From NCBI GenBank assembly GCA_051942205.1, contig JAVECO010000044.1:62001-126000 (forward strand): a DNA stretch of 64,000 nt, given 5' to 3'. The position numbers were made by a program, and so were the translations under genes. Position 1 is the stretch's first letter. Each line of letters starts with the position of its first letter. The notes below the pieces were generated by a model. It saw nothing but the letters and a program-made list of their open reading frames with translations. It was not told the origin of the DNA and did no database searches. The DNA comes from Coniocarpon cinnabarinum (lineage: Eukaryota). Below are positions 63,846-64,000 of this stretch, piece by piece.

Positions 63846-64000
63846 GCTTCACTCAGAACACTGGGCGATGCCACCTATTTCCCTGTTAGGTCGTCGCAGA
63901 AACGTGCATTCTCGGGATCCCCCGCGAGTCTTTCCATCCCATTAAAACAGGGTTACAGCTTCGGCGTCAAGTAGCAGAAGGGCGCAGCAAAGCTCTAAAG

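Noticed and set aside
1..64000. tRNA, rRNA or other ncRNA genes
   Set aside because: None recognised by eye; a tRNAscan-SE/Infernal run would be needed to exclude them

Overview
Gene-dense fungal (filamentous ascomycete-type) genomic DNA with short GT-AG introns and RIP-like decay of repeats. Housekeeping genes include a Doa10/SSM4 E3 ligase, a haspin kinase, an aquaporin, a GT90/CAP10 glycosyltransferase, a Gfo/Idh/MocA oxidoreductase, WBP1, the complex I 9.5 kDa subunit, a sterol esterase and PET191. The main hit, at about 9-19.4 kb, is a candidate fungal RiPP (dikaritin/KEP-type) cluster. A 4-exon minus-strand gene (12412->11813, hand-spliced, 142 aa) encodes a signal peptide plus five KR-flanked repeats [D/H]Gxx[E/Q]PD[D/G]DF[A/S/T]NL. 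It sits head-to-head with a 5-exon DUF3328/UstYa oxidase carrying two HxxHC motifs. A DHA2 MFS exporter, a PTH11-like membrane protein, an amino-acid permease and a GNAT acetyltransferase lie nearby. The repeats contain no Tyr and match no dikaritin core I recognise. Other observations: two copies of a ~500 bp TA-flanked MITE, a gypsy RNase H relic, a triplicated RING-like fragment, a Gly/Asn-rich secreted protein, and an orphan ~93-aa gene with a divergently oriented pseudogenised paralog sharing its intron position. Exon models were built by eye and no database searches were run.
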